Source: Octopus sinensis | Lineage: Eukaryota | DNA length: 64,000 bases | Direction of reading: 5' to 3' | Assembly: GCF_006345805.1 (NCBI RefSeq) | Contig: NC_043004.1 | Coordinates: 53,382,001-53,446,000 of the forward strand | Part shown: positions 11,884-25,547 of the stretch, in pieces | Numbering within the stretch: position 1 is the stretch's first letter | Layout: each line of letters starts with the position of its first letter | Translations under genes and position numbers: made by a program | Notes under the pieces: model-generated | What the model was told of the DNA's origin: nothing | What the model saw: the letters and a program-made list of their open reading frames with translations, nothing else | Databases searched by the model: none

Positions 11884-14800
11884 TATGTTTGAGTTTTGCT
11901 TTATATTTGTACAAGTTGGCTCCAAGTCTCACCCAGAGACCTCAAGAGACAACAGGTTGGAAGTTCATGTTGTGGTTATGCCTAGTGTGCCATATATTTG
12001 GGGGGGGGGATTTTAGGTGTTGTACTAAGGAATGTCTAAAAATTAAAAATTTTTTTTTTTTTTCTAAAAACCGAAAATTATGTTTGTTTTAAACCTTGAG
12101 ATTACATAGAAAGTATTTTGCGTATGATATGAGCAGTTCCCATGAGCACTATCGTTTGAATTTCTGCCATTTTGGGGTTTCCTGGTACCTGAGTTAGGTA
12201 GCTATCAGCCCCTTTTGCTATCATTCCCAGGGCACCTATGACAACAGGTATTGTTTTAGTCTTCAGGTTCCACATTTTGCTGATTTCTATTTCAAGATCT
12301 TTATATTTGCTCAGTTTTTGGTAGGTCTTGACAGATACGTTTATATCGATTGGGACAGTCATATCAATGAGGAGGCATATTCTTTGTTTGAAGTCTTTCA
12401 ATATGGCCTATTTTTCTGTCAGTTTGAATGGTGAAGTCCCAGAGGAGTGAGATGTGGTCATTTTCAAGCACTGGGGGTGGTTTGTGTTCCCACCAGTTTT
12501 TTTCATGGGGCAAATCCAGGTTTTTGCAGATTACCCAGTGAATATATTGTGCAGCTCTATCGTGTCTGTTAAGATACTCTGTAGGCGCTAGAAGACTGCA
12601 CTTGGAGACCACATGGTCAATGGTTTCATTTTGTTGCTGGCATACACGACACGTTGGACTGCTTCTGATCTTTAATATGTTGGCCTGGTAGTTTCTTGTT
12701 GCTAGGCATTGATCTTGAGCTGCTATGATAAACCCCTCTGTTTCAGATTTTAAGCCAGAGGCCATTAGCCATTGATGGGTCAGGGCTTTGTCAACATCTG
12801 CATTATTTGCTCTCTTTGGGTATTTGCCATAGAGAGGTTTTTCTTGCCATTTATCATTCAGAATATCTAAGGCCGCAGATTTAGCACGGGTTTTCATGCG
12901 CTTAGCTTTTTCTGTGCCTGTTTCTTGTATGTCTATCTCTAATTCCGAAATTTGTTGTATTCGGAATTCACTTAGATATTCCTTTGCCTGTTTTGTTACT
13001 GAGTATGATGCTTTCTTGTTTTCATGTTTTGAGATAAGTTTTAACATCCAGTCCTCAGAGTTTTTCAGGTGGGTGTCTAGGCCAATTGTAGCAATCTTCA
13101 TTGTTATTGCCAGTTGTAAAAGTCCACGGCCTCCCTCTTTTCTTGGCAGATAAAGTCGTTCTGTATCTGCCTTAGGGTGGTGCATTCTATGCATTGTCAA
13201 CAGTTTTCGAATTTTTCTGTCAAGATTACATATTTCAGTAATTGACCAGTTAACGATATTGAAACTGTAAGTCACAACTGGTATGGCTAATGCATTGATC
13301 GCTTCGATCCTGTTTCTCGCGTTCAGCTCTGTCTTGAGTATTGCTCTTACTCTGCGATAACATTCTCTCCTGATCCTTTCCTTCATCTCTGAATGCCTTA
13401 TTCCTTCTCCTTCAATTACCCCTAGATACTTGTAGTTCTCTGCTGGGTCTAATTCTTTTATGACATTCTGCTGGTCAAGATTAACGTTAGATATTTCTGT
13501 CATTTTTCCTTTGATAAAGGTAGCTTTTGCACACTTATCGAGGCCAAATTGCATTCTGATGTCATCACTGAATTGTTTGACAATCGCTAGTAAGCCCTTG
13601 AGTTGTTGGTCATGTTTTGCAAAGAGCTTTAAATCATCCATGTAAATGAGATGATTTATATTTTTATCAAACATTTTATACCCGTACTGCGCGTCATTGA
13701 GCAGTTTTGAGAGAGGTATTAAGGCTAAACAGAAGAGGAGTGGTGATAGTGAGGCACCCTGGAAAATGCCACATGAAATTTTTACATCACTAGCATTTAG
13801 AGATTCATTGTCACTGTTCAAAGTTAGTGTGGTTCTCCATGATCTCATACTTACAGACAAAAAGTTTCGCAGAGCAGGTGCTATCTTATACATTTCTAGG
13901 CATTTCTTAATCCAGCTATGTGGTAGGCTATCAAAAGCCTTTTTATAGTCTATCCAGGCTATTGATAAGTTTTTTAGTCGTTTGTGACAATCTTCTAAGA
14001 TCATCTTATTGATGAGTAATTGATCTTTACAACCGTAGGATCCATGTTTACATCATTTCTGTTCATTAGGGAATATGCTGCTGTCTGTCAAAAAACCATA
14101 GGTATATTCCGTCATGACAGATGTTAGTGTTTTATACATAGTTGTTAAGCAGGTTATGGGTCTATAGTTTTTGGTTCATTTGTTTCTTCACTTTTTGGAA
14201 GCAGGAATATTAACCCATTAACTAGCCAAGGAGGCATCCTACTAGGGTGTTGCAAAACATCATTGTAAAGTTCTGTTAGCAGTTCATGGCTCTCTGGGAA
14301 GGCATTCAACCAAAAGTTAGGGATTTTATCCTTTCCTGGAGACTTCCATTTGCTTGACCTCCTGAGAGCAGATCTTATATCTTCTGCCTTGACACCCTCC
14401 CACTTTTGCTCTTCTAAGGAGTCCAGTTCTTTAGATATTCTATCAATCCAGGGGGCATTTTCGCTGTGTGTTTTTTCTTCTGCCCAGATTTTATTCGAAA
14501 ATCCCTGCACTTCTTTTGATGGTACAGACTTTACAGTAAATGTTGTTTTTCCTATCTTCCTTTAATTTTCAGCCATTCAATCATGATTTGACTTTTTAGC
14601 TCATGTAGTTCTGTCGGGTCAATATTTGTGTGACTTTCTTCATCTATTTGATGTTCATCTGTCTTAGTGTTTATATTTGGTTCAGGGAGTATTTCACTTT
14701 GCCTATCACTTATACTAACTCTTTCAATCTTTACTTCGTTTTTATTAGCTCTGAGCTGGTCTATAATTATTTCCTCTGTATTATCTTCTCTAGCTGCAGC

Positions 14801-15500
14801 TTCGTTCATTCTATCCGTTACTGCTTGTCTAATTTGATCATTCTCTACTTCAGTCAGTAATTTTTTTTTATAATGTTTCTTCTGACGTTGGCAAGTTTGA
14901 TACTGTCTATGTAGGGTCTTACTTCAGGGTGTTTCTGTCTCCAGTTTATGTAGGTTTGTATAGTGTTCGATTTATCTGTGGGGAAATATATGGCATGGTA
15001 GAAGGCCGCAAGAACTTCTTTATTATCTTCCCTAGTCCATTTTTCCTTCTTTTTCTTTTGAGTGTTTCGTGACGAGCATGGATGGCCATCTGTTGGAATA
15101 TTCCAGTTGCGGGGTGCGTCCAGCTCCTGTGTGTCGGGAAGATTTGATCCAGTAGCTGATTTTTCAATCAGACTTTAGTTCAATTTTCGGGTACGTGGTC
15201 TTTTGTAGTCCGCTCGCCGACCATCGCGGATTGTAGGTTGTTTTGTTGACATTGAAGCATGACGAGCTTCGACTCTTACATTAAGAGACGGATCTGTCAG
15301 TTTAGGATTCTCTGCACGTAAACATTGTTCGTAGCGCAGCTTCTTAAGGCTAACAGATCTGTATTCGTCTGTATTTTTTTTGTTGATAGTTTTATCTCGG
15401 GGCATAGTTTTCCCTTCTTCTTTTTATTTATTCATTCACTTCCTTTCCTAAACTTAAAGGTTCACTCTGCCTGTATTAGTGCGAAAAAATGAGAATAAAA
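11883..15500 (-). mobile_element. Near full-length R4/Dong-type RLE LINE (subfamily A)
   Basis: Single long frameshifted ORF 15405-12102; 3' UTR ends AAACATAG(AAT)n at ~11883. Confidence 0.93.
12102..15405 (-). pseudogene. RT + zinc finger + restriction-like endonuclease polyprotein, frameshifted
   Basis: WIDYKKAFDSLPH, GIFQG, YMDDLKLF, LYLPRKEGGRGL, CRVCQQQNETIDHVVSKC, RPD..KDFKQRICLLIDMTVP..KLSKYKDL; ORFs 15175-15405, 14946-15167, 14552-14809, 14154-14510, 12364-14004, 12102-12401. Confidence 0.92.
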
Positions 15501-15526
15501 TACGAGAAAAAAAAAATAAACAAACA

Positions 15527-15685
15527 GGAGTGGCTGTGTGGTAAGTAGCTTGTCTACCAGCCACATGGTTCTGGGTTCAGTCCCACTGCGTGGCATCTTG
15601 GGCAAGTGTCTTCCACTATAGCCTCGGGCCGACCAAAGCCCTGTGAGTGGATTTGGTAGACGGAAACTAGAAGCCCGTCGTATAT
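15527..15685 (+). mobile_element. SINE family A, 5' half
   Basis: GGAGTGGCTGTGTGGTAAGTAGCTTG...GGGTTCAGTCCCACTGCG tRNA-like head followed by (TATG)n. Confidence 0.9.
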
Positions 15686-15690
15686 ATGTA

Positions 15691-15726
<36 letters not shown>

Positions 15727-15773
15727 TGTATGTATATGTTTGTGTGTCTGTGTTATTATTATTATTATTATTA

Positions 15774-16078
15774 TTCTATGTTTGACGTTTGCTTTATGTC
15801 TGTACAAGTTGGCTCCAAGACTCACCCAGAGACCTCAAGAGACAACAGGTTGGAAGTTCTGTGCCATATATTTGGGGTTTTTTTCTTCTTTTTTTTTCCT
15901 TTTCCTTTCATTTGGTGTTGTACTAGTGAATGTCTAATACATAAAAAATAAATAAAAAAAAAACAAAAAACAAAAAAAAATTTGTTTTAAACCTTGGGAT
16001 TACATAGAGAGTATTTTGCGTAGGATATGAGCAGTTCCCATGAGCACTATCTTTTGAATTTCTGCCATTTTGGGGTTT
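15774..16078 (-). mobile_element. 5'-truncated Dong subfamily A copy (last ~30 codons + 3' UTR)
   Basis: GNPKMAEIQKIVLMGTAHILRKILSM* and a 3' UTR very similar to 11883-12190; flanked by (TAA)n. Confidence 0.9.
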
Positions 16079-16080
16079 CC

Positions 16081-16118
<38 letters not shown>

Positions 16119-16186
16119 GTTATTATTATTATTATTATTATTGTAGGTGTTGTTGTTGTTATTATTATATTATTATTATTATTATT

Positions 16187-16222
<36 letters not shown>

Positions 16223-16251
16223 TATTATTATTATTATTATTGTTGTTGTTG

Positions 16252-16283
<32 letters not shown>

Positions 16284-16430
16284 TATAGGATTGAGGTAAC
16301 TCCTCCCAAAAAAAGAGAAGGGTGCCATTGTAGATTGACAAGTGTATTTTTTTAACCTGTGGAAGACACACGAGTTGTCGAAATATCGTTCACTTGATAA
16401 CAGTGGCACTCTACGCTTTCTTTTTGCTTC

Positions 16431-16511
<81 letters not shown>

Positions 16512-16523
16512 TATTATTATCAT

Positions 16524-16668
16524 TCTATGTTTGACTTTTGCTTTACATTTGTGCAAGTTGGCTCCAAGTGTCACCCGGAGAAGTCAAGAGACAAGTTGGA
16601 AGTTCATGCTGGTGTTATGCCTAGGGTGCCATATATTTGGTTTTGTATTGAGTGTTATACTAGTGAAT

Positions 16669-16670
<2 letters not shown>
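16524..16670 (-). mobile_element. Dong subfamily A 3' UTR-only copy
   Basis: TTCTATGTTTGAC..CAAGTTGGCTCCAAG..GCCATATATTTGG; (TAA)n on both sides. Confidence 0.85.
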
Positions 16671-16721
<51 letters not shown>

Positions 16722-16769
16722 GAAATTATTATTATTATTATTGTTTTTTTATTATTATTATTATTATTG

Positions 16770-16960
16770 CAGCGGTAAGCTGGCAAAATCCATAGGGAGT
16801 CAAGCGAAAATCTTAGCAGCTTTTCTTCTAGGTGTTTACGCCCTTCCTTGGATTGCTGTGATTTCCGTCCTTTACGTCCAGAGTTTAAATTCCGCCGAAC
16901 TTGACTTTGTCGTTCATCCTTTCTGAGTCGATAAAATCAGTGGCAATTAAGCGCTGAAGT
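16770..16960 (+). mobile_element. CORE-type SINE fragment
   Basis: GAGTTTAAATTCCGCCGAACTTGACTTTG..TTCATCCTTTCTGAGTCGATAAAAT, homologous to 32566-32808. Confidence 0.65.
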
Positions 16961-17037
16961 CGATATAACCGACTTGCCAATGCTCCAACCTTTCAAGTCT
17001 CGTGCATATATTAAAAAGGATTATCATCATCATCATC

Positions 17038-17084
<47 letters not shown>

Positions 17085-17092
17085 TATTATTT

Positions 17093-18415
17093 TATTTTTG
17101 GCTTTTGCTTTGCATTTGTAAATGTTGACTCCAAGTCTCACCCACAGACCTCAAGAGACAACAAGTAAGAAGTTCAAGCTGATGCTATGACTAGCGTGCC
17201 ATATATTTGGTTTTGCACAGAGTATTATTCTGATGAATGTCTGTCAAAGCATAATTAAATTAGAAGTTTGTTTTAAAAGTAATTTGATTATAGGACGATA
17301 GCAACAGGTGTCTGATATGTACATTTAAAAGTATTTTGACACTCATTTCGGATTAAACTATTTTGGGGATTACATAGACAATATTTTACGTAGGATATGA
17401 GAGATTCCCATGAATCACTATTTTTTAATTTCCTCCATTTTTGGATTTCATGGTGTCTCAGCTAGGTAGCAATCAGCCCCTTTTGCTATCAATCCTAGGG
17501 CACCGATGACAACAGATGTTGTTTTAGCCTTGAGGTTCCACATTTTTCCAATTTCTATTTCAAGATTTTTATACTTGCTCAGTTTTTGGTAGGTCTTGAC
17601 AGATACATTTATGTTGATTGGGACCGTTATATCGATGAAGAGGCATGGTTTTAGTTTGAAATCCTTCATTATAATGTCTGGCACATTAGCATCTATCTTT
17701 CTGTCAATTTGGACTGTGAAGTTCCAAAGGGGTGAGATATGGAAATGTTTAAGCACTGCCAGTAGTTTGTGTTCCCACCAATTATTATCATGAGGCATGT
17801 TGAAGTCTTTATAAATTACCCAGTGAATATACTGAGCTGCTCTATCATGCTTGTTGAGATACTCTGTAGGCGCAAGAAGTCTTCATATGGAGATAACATG
17901 ATAGATGGTTTCATTCTGTTATTTACGTACATGACATGCTGGGTTACTGCTGTTCTGCGAGATGTTGGCCTGGTAGTTTCTTGTTGGTAGGCATTGATCT
18001 TGAGCTGCTATGATAAACCCCTTCTGTCTCTGATTTTAAGCCAGAGACTAACCATGTTTGGTTAAGGGCTTTGGTTAAGGGCTTTGTCAACATCAGCATT
18101 ATTAACTCTCTTTGAGCATTTGCCAACAAGATGTTTTTCCTGCCATTTTTCAGTATGAATATCTAAGGCAGCATTTTTAGCATGGGTTTTCATAGAGTTA
18201 ACTTTACCTGTGCTTGTTTTCAGTACGTCTAATTCTGGGATTTGTTGCATTTCGAATTCACCTAATTAATTCTTTGCACGTTTTGTTACTGAGTATGATG
18301 CTTTCTTGTTTTCGTGTTTTAGCACCCAGTCATCAGAGATTTTCTTGTATGTGTTTAAGCCAATTGTGGCAATCTAAGCGAAATATGTAGGGAATGGAAC
18401 ATATCCATTCTTGTG
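17093..18415 (-). mobile_element. Degenerate Dong subfamily A 3' portion
   Basis: WNFTVQIDRKIDANVPDIIMKDFK..IDITVP..KYKNLEIEIGKMW; 3' UTR as above; small internal duplication GGTTAAGGGCTTT. Confidence 0.85.
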
Positions 18416-19031
18416 TGCGTGTTTGTGTGCGCGCGTGCACGTGCTGTGTGTGTGTATATGATTGTGCGTGTACTGCATTCAGAAATTATGCGATATTTAA
18501 CACAATATTCACTGAGATATAGCTGGATTCATCACGTCAGACGATATTAAAGAAACAGTATCTGAGTGACCAAAGGATTGTTACTCAATATTCATCACAA
18601 TAACGAATCTGATAGACATTTATTAAATAATTAATTAAGAACCAAAATGTGCGGTTATGTGGTTCAGTCGATACGCTGAAATACCTGGCAGACATTATAT
18701 ACTTGTTGGATGCGCACAACTCTTGTTAGTAAAACTTTAATATCTAATCATTTTTTTTTTCATTTCGCATAGAACTTGATAACAGGCTGTATTACTTTAC
18801 ATTTTGTCTATTTTCCTTTTCTTCTTTCAGTAATTGGACTGCAACCATGGGCGGTCATCACCTTGAAGGGTTTTACCCCCAACGAATCGAACACTGTACT
18901 TGGTTTGTGTTAACCCTGCTATCTATTTTATTGGCTTCTTATAGGCTTATACCGAGTTCTCAAATTATCGAGGATGTAAACAAATCAACACTAGATGTAA
19001 AGCAATAGTGGAACACACACACAGGCACACA

Positions 19032-19069
<38 letters not shown>

Positions 19070-19196
19070 TTTGCACACGAGTGAGTAACTGGACGAAGGA
19101 AAAGGGTACCTTTAGTAACTTAATGTAACATGAAAGTGACGGAATTCTGTTAAAGGTCTGCAGAATCTAGTCGCAGGAATCGAATAAAACTGCTTT

Positions 19197-19253
<57 letters not shown>

Positions 19254-19457
19254 ATACGTTGGGTTTCATTTTCCGTCTTTCAAATTCATGACAAGGTTGG
19301 TACCATACAATGGAACTGAACCTGGAAATGTGAGGTTGTGAAGCAAACTTCTTACCACACGGCTACGTCTGCGTGACCGCGCCTACTTAAATTTACCAAT
19401 AATGTAAGAGCCATGAACACTCAATCAACGCATTCACTCACAAACACGCACGCACAC

Positions 19458-19512
<55 letters not shown>

Positions 19513-20419
19513 ACACACACACACACACGTATAATCGGTCACCTCTACCCGTGAAACGATACTATGAGGAATATCTGTTTGCGATAACTCCTTCTGTGAT
19601 ACTTGTGATTAGAAGTTTGGAAGTAACAGCCATGCTAATATTGATATTAACAATGGGAATAAAATTTGTATTAGCACTCCGTTGTAAAGTGTTGCTTCAT
19701 GTTTATGAAAACAATTTCGGGGAATATATGAGATGCCTTCATAGGAGAATGTGATATCCAACAATAATGGTAATGCGCGCGGAAACAGAAGCAAGAAAAG
19801 CAGAAAAAGAAAATTGAAGCAAAATGAGCAAATTTGATAATATAATGGAAGCACTAGGAGGATAATAATTATTATAACGAAAACATATGACATGTAATGT
19901 GTTAATTTCAATAGCAGTGGAAACTCCCCCACCTCAAAAAAAAGCGGAAGAATATGAAACGTTATTGACAGAGAGGTTTAAAGAACAGAGGAAATAAAGC
20001 TAAGAATTGAATGAGTGAGAGTGAGACTCAGTGAGTGGAAGTTTGTGAGAGATAGAAATGAAGCTGACATTACAACTAAAAATTATTAAATGGCAAATAT
20101 AGAGTGGAATTAAAATATTTTAACGTGATGACGATAAAGCAGAAATAAAGTAGTTTTATACAATCCCCGGAGGTTATGTTATTTTAGCAACCACATATTT
20201 TAGATATTGTGGTTTTAAATAGATTAGTTCTGCGGAATTTGTTCCGTTTAAGCACAGCTTTCAGTTTGTCATGAAATTTAATACAGCATCAATGATACAG
20301 GTTATATCACAATAGAAAGGTATAGAGACTTATAACATGTGTATTTATCGAATTTCCAATGGCGAAAGACTATATTTGCGGCTTGGAATTGATGCTGAGC
20401 GAAACAATGAACGTATAAT

Positions 20420-20580
20420 ACTTTCTACTGGAAGCGCAAGGCCTGAAATTTGGGGGAAGGGATAAAGTCGATTATATCGACCCCAGTGCATAACTGGTAC
20501 TTATTTAATCGACTCCAAAAGGATAAAAGGCAATGTCGACCTCGGCAGAATTTGAACAAAGAATGTAGCAACGGGCAAAA
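20420..20580 (-). mobile_element. CORE-type SINE fragment
   Basis: Reverse complement contains GAGGTCGAC.TTGCCTTTTATCCTTTTGGAGTCGATTAAATAAGTACCAG. Confidence 0.75.
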
Positions 20581-20717
20581 TATGGAGGATATACAGAAAA
20601 ATCAGGAAAATATATATAGGGGCATCTATCCAAATATAAATATGTGTTGTCTAGTTCTTGTGTAACGAGGCGTATGCATGTGATGTGTGTGGTGTGTGTG
20701 TGTGTACATATATAGGC

Positions 20718-21110
20718 GCAGATGTGGCTGTGTGGGAGGAAGCTTGATTTGCAATCACATTGTTCCGGGTTCAGTCCCATTACGTGGCACCTTGGCGTTT
20801 TCTACTATACCCTCGGACCGACCAAAGCCTTGTGAGTGGTTATGATAGGCGGAAACTGAAAAAATCCACCCGTGTATTATATATATATATTTATTTATGT
20901 GAGTGTGACTTTGTGTCTCTGTTTGCCCTGACAGCGTATCGCTTGACAACCGATACTGGTGTGTTTATTATCATCTAAACTAAGCGGTTCGGCAAAGAGA
21001 CCGATATTATACAAAGAATAATTACTGGAGGCAGTTTCGTCGACTAAAGGCGATGCTCCAGCATGGTGGGAGTCAGATGTCTGAAACGTATAAAAGAATA
21101 AAAGAATATA
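20718..21110 (+). mobile_element. Full-length SINE family A with internal microsatellite
   Basis: Head, internal (TA/TG)n, 3' half ..GCTCCAGCATGG..AAAAGAATAAAAGAATA; colinear with 45184-45580. Confidence 0.8.
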
Positions 21111-21295
21111 TGTGACCTCGTGTGTACCGTTGGCGATTTTTTTTCTTCTGTCTTCCCTTCTCTGGATCTTTCCTTCTCCTATGTTTCCGACGAAGCGCTC
21201 CGCTCCAAACGTTAAACCCTCCTTCTTTCCTGAGCGTCCAATAATACTATATTTGTTCCACATGCTCGCGTTGTTGTGTTTTTGTGCTTTCTTAT
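21110..21295 (+). mobile_element. Penelope-like pseudo-LTR remnant with degenerate hammerhead (21183-21217)
   Basis: GTTT-CCGACGAA-GCGCTCCGCTC-CAAACGTT-AAAC; its 3' part is homologous to the minus strand of 29800-29890. Confidence 0.65.
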
Positions 21296-22165
21296 ATATA
21301 TATACGTGTGTGTATGCGTGTTTGTGTGTGAATACGTGTGTATGTATATGTGAGAGAGAGTGTGTGCGTTCGTGTGCGTGAATGTGTTTAAGAAATATGT
21401 ACTAAATAATATAGTAAAAATTAATATATTTTAATTTGGCCGCTTAGAAAATATGCAAGCAAGTTGTAAGTCGAAGATCTTGCGCGCCTACAGTTGGAAC
21501 ACACAGTAGCAAGACATTAACTTAGCCAAAGTGATACACGTATGTGTGTGGGGGTGGAGCACAGTCACACCCACAGATTTTGGTATATGTATATACATGT
21601 ATGTAAATCGGAAACACTAAACTTTAAATACCGTTCTTTCTGTCTTACCTTCCTAGTCTGATATTTATCAATATAAACAAGTAGTATGTCCTATTGCAAT
21701 GGATACAGGACCGTATCAGCGTGAGAAAAATTACCGATCACTGCCGTCGTTAACAATGCGCACAAGTATGTCATGGGTAGTTTGTGAGAAATTCAATAAT
21801 ATTGAAAATACTAATGAAAATGATAATCAAAATAAAATGATGGTGATGATGTTGCTGCTCCTGCTGCTGCTGCTGCTGCTGATGATGATGATAAATCTTA
21901 TTCTTGTATTAAATTGAAATGACAGAAACTATGGTCATAACAAGCTGAAGAATTTGATGACAGAACAAAAATTTTAAAAAGAATAATAAATCTAAATAAT
22001 AATAAATCTAAAGGAAATTTTGAAAATTTGCAATTTGCATTAATTAACACCATTCTGCTGCTTGTTGCAGGGACTAGTAAGAGTTAAAGAGACAGTGGCA
22101 GTTGTATATTCACTCGCATATAATAAAAAGCATACATACATAATATCCGTTCATGCATATATTTA

Positions 22166-22209
<44 letters not shown>

Positions 22210-23675
22210 CTCTCTCGCTCTCTCACTCTGTCTCTCTCTATATATACACCTATGTGTATATGTATATATATGCATATGTATACATGTATGTATGTATGTA
22301 CGTATGTAGGTATGTATATATGTATATGAAAAACAAAACTCCTATATCCTCTTTTACGTGGGAATACACTTGTTTACACCATGCACACACATATATACAT
22401 ACACACATATATGCATGCATACACACATACATGCATACGCACACATACTCACAGATACATACACACACATATATAAAGTTCAAATTTACAAAAAACAAAA
22501 GACGATGATAGTTCAGGGAACAACGAACAGATGTAATAATTTGAGAAGAAAAACATCGAGAGATAACAAAAAGACCAAAAAAATAAAGAAAATGGAGAGA
22601 GAGAAATATGTGTATTGATAAACTGTTCAAGATAATGAGATGACCAGAAGAAAGAGGCTGAGTGAAAAGGAAATAATGACGGAGACCCGGCTAAAATAGG
22701 GTGTGCAACGCGTGCGTGTATATACGAATGGCGTGTGCGAGTGTATATGTGTGAGCGGGGTAGAGCGTGTTTGAATGTATTCATGGGCGAGCTTATATAT
22801 ATATATATACATGTGTGTGTGTGTATGTGTGCGAGATAGATTGATAGATAGATAGATGGATGGATAGATGCACACAGGAAGTAATCTTTTCTTGACTACG
22901 GTCCCCAAACAGCTGACTAACAAACGTCATTCATAGAAGACCTGCATATGAAAGACTTAGCACGCGTAAAGAAGATTACGCATAGGTAAATTTTCCCGAA
23001 GAGGTGAAGGTGACATTAATATCGACATTATTAATTATGATTATTGTGTGGTTCGACATCTGAATGATTCTGATGGTCAATCAGGAATATAGATCCCTGT
23101 AATTCTTCATCATTTTCAGGTGTCTTGTCGAGGGATTTTATCTTGCCGTTTTATAGGATTGATATGAAACTTGAATGCAATACCTGATCCTAGTCACTTG
23201 AGCAGTCATGACGTATACGCTACTAATTCTACACGTTATCTTCAGTTAATTTTTGCTATGGCCTTTCATTACAAACACTGTCTTCGTATTTATCTTAAGG
23301 AATCAACTAGTTATGCTTGCTTAACTTCTATTATTGTAAAACCTTCTTGTGGGTATTATTCGTTATAGAAAGATGAATAGATTACGGTATGACTGATATT
23401 GATGTAATTTTCCATATATATATATATATACATATATAGCGAATAATGAGAATGAGTATTCAACACTGCATTGGTAGCTAAATATATTTGAGTGTACTTT
23501 AAGTCACTTATGGGAGATGTCTGTCGCTGCGTAAACCTGATGACTACTTAACATATGAAAGTAGTAATTTATTTCAATATTGTAAAATTGTATCATAATA
23601 AAACGTGAAAACCACACTAAGTTGAAACTTCATTGATTAATATATGTGTGCGTGTGTGTATGTTTGTGTAGTGAA

Positions 23676-24003
23676 GAGACACGGATCAGTGGTTAGAACG
23701 TCGAGCTTACGATCGCGAGGTTGTGATTTCGAATCACGGACCGGGCTACGTGTTGTGTTCTTGAGCAAGACACTCTATGTCACGTTGCTCCAGTTCATTC
23801 AGCTGTAGAAATGAGTTGCGACGTCTCAGGTGCCAAGCTGTACCGGCCGTTGCCTTTCCCTTGGATAACATCGGTGGCGTGGAGAGGGGAGGCAGGCATG
23901 CATGGGCGACTGCTGATCTTCCATAAACAATATCACCCGGGCTTGTGCCTCGGAAGGTAACTTTCTAGGAGCAATCTCATGGTCAGTCATGAACTGAAGG
24001 GGA
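23676..24003 (+). mobile_element. tRNA-derived SINE family B; a 3' fragment also at ~39080-39165
   Basis: TCAGTGGTTAGAACG (A-box-like), GATTTCGAATC (B-box-like), TGTTGTGTTCTTGAGCAAGACAC; CTTGTGCCTCGGA.G..AACTTTCTAG shared with 39130-39160. Confidence 0.8.
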
Positions 24004-24016
24004 TCGCAGCATATAT

Positions 24017-24066
<50 letters not shown>

Positions 24067-24497
24067 ATATATTATATATATATATATATATTATATATAT
24101 ATATATATATACACACACAAACACTAACATATGTTTACACTTTCATTTCATTTTGAATATAAAGTATTCAGTTGGAAGTAGATCAAAATTTACAGAAATA
24201 TTTAGAATTGTACTCCAAACTTAACTTAATGAATTATAAATATAATTAAATTCAAATAGGCACCACGGGAAATAAGTCTTATTATCTGTATAACTAACAT
24301 GAGTATGCAATAGATCGAAACGGACATGATATATTATTGAAAATATCAAACACTGACATATATTTATAGCATTAATCATGATCATATAAAATTTCAGTTA
24401 TTATTCTGCACCGATAAAATTTGTCACAATACAAAGTTTCAAGATGTATAACAATATTGGCAATTCGGCATGCAAGAATGCATGCGTATATGTATGC

Positions 24498-24530
<33 letters not shown>

Positions 24531-24736
24531 TGTATGTATGTATGTATGTATGTATGTATGTATGTATGTATGTATGTATGTATGTATGTATGTATGTATC
24601 TATCTATCTATCTTTATACAGAAACGTGTGTGTGGCTTGAATGTTTGTACATATGTATGTAAAACTTGAATGCACCAATGGGTTATTATATCTACAAATG
24701 AGAGATCATATCGATATCACAAACGCGCGTGTGCCG

Positions 24737-24807
<71 letters not shown>

Positions 24808-25014
24808 GACAGATAGATAGGTATATATATATATATATTTTACTGTTATATATATTTTTATACTGTTATATATATATATCTTTTACTGCTATATATATTT
24901 GTTTTAGTGTTTATATATTTTTTTACTGTTTATATATTTTTTTACTGTTTTTTTACTGTTTATATTTTTGTACTGTCGTTACTGTCCTGTTTTTTTTACC
25001 ATTTTTTTACCATT

Positions 25015-25270
25015 TTTTTACCCCTCTGCGAAAAGATCTCAGAATTTTAATTGATTTGCTTTTCGCAGGAAGGAAAGTTTCTTGTCGAAGACACGTCTCG
25101 CTTTTATCCTTCGAAACGTAGAGTAGATGAAACCTTAGCGACTGAACAAGGGTTTTTTCGTTGTGTTAATTGTCCTGTACTCCATTTTCTGTTGTTGTCC
25201 TGTTCCTTTGGTTTGTGTCTATGTTTTCGTTTCTCTTTGTGTTCGACGTCCCTTTGGTGTCCTGTACTCA
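25015..25270 (+). mobile_element. Penelope-like pseudo-LTR cassette (same family as 27685-27910)
   Basis: Shared TTTTACCCCTCTGC..TTTCGCAGGAAGG..CCTTCGAAAC..CTGA..AAGGG layout; pyrimidine-rich 3' part. Confidence 0.5.
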
Positions 25271-25348
25271 TATATGCGTGTATATGTACATGTAGAGGTA
25301 CGTACGTACATATATGTTTATATATATGCATATGTTTTATTTCATTTA

Positions 25349-25388
<40 letters not shown>

Positions 25389-25402
25389 TGTGTGTGTGTA
25401 TG

Positions 25403-25433
<31 letters not shown>

Positions 25434-25464
25434 ATGTATGTATGTATATATATTATATATATAT

Positions 25465-25509
<45 letters not shown>

Positions 25510-25547
25510 GCCTGTATGTATGTATATACTATATATAGAATATATAC

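Noticed and set aside
15527-15600. tRNA genes
   Set aside because: All tRNA-like sequences are SINE heads continuing into SINE bodies; none gives a complete cloverleaf.
19530-19754. Hydrophobic ORF segment as a possible transmembrane exon (similar weak candidates at ~21.7, 22.7 and 32.0 kb)
   Set aside because: No convincing paired splice sites with a consistent frame and no recognisable homology.
24838-25020. CRISPR-like or regular minisatellite array (TTTTACTGTT units)
   Set aside because: Degenerate low-complexity repeat with no unique spacers, in eukaryotic context.
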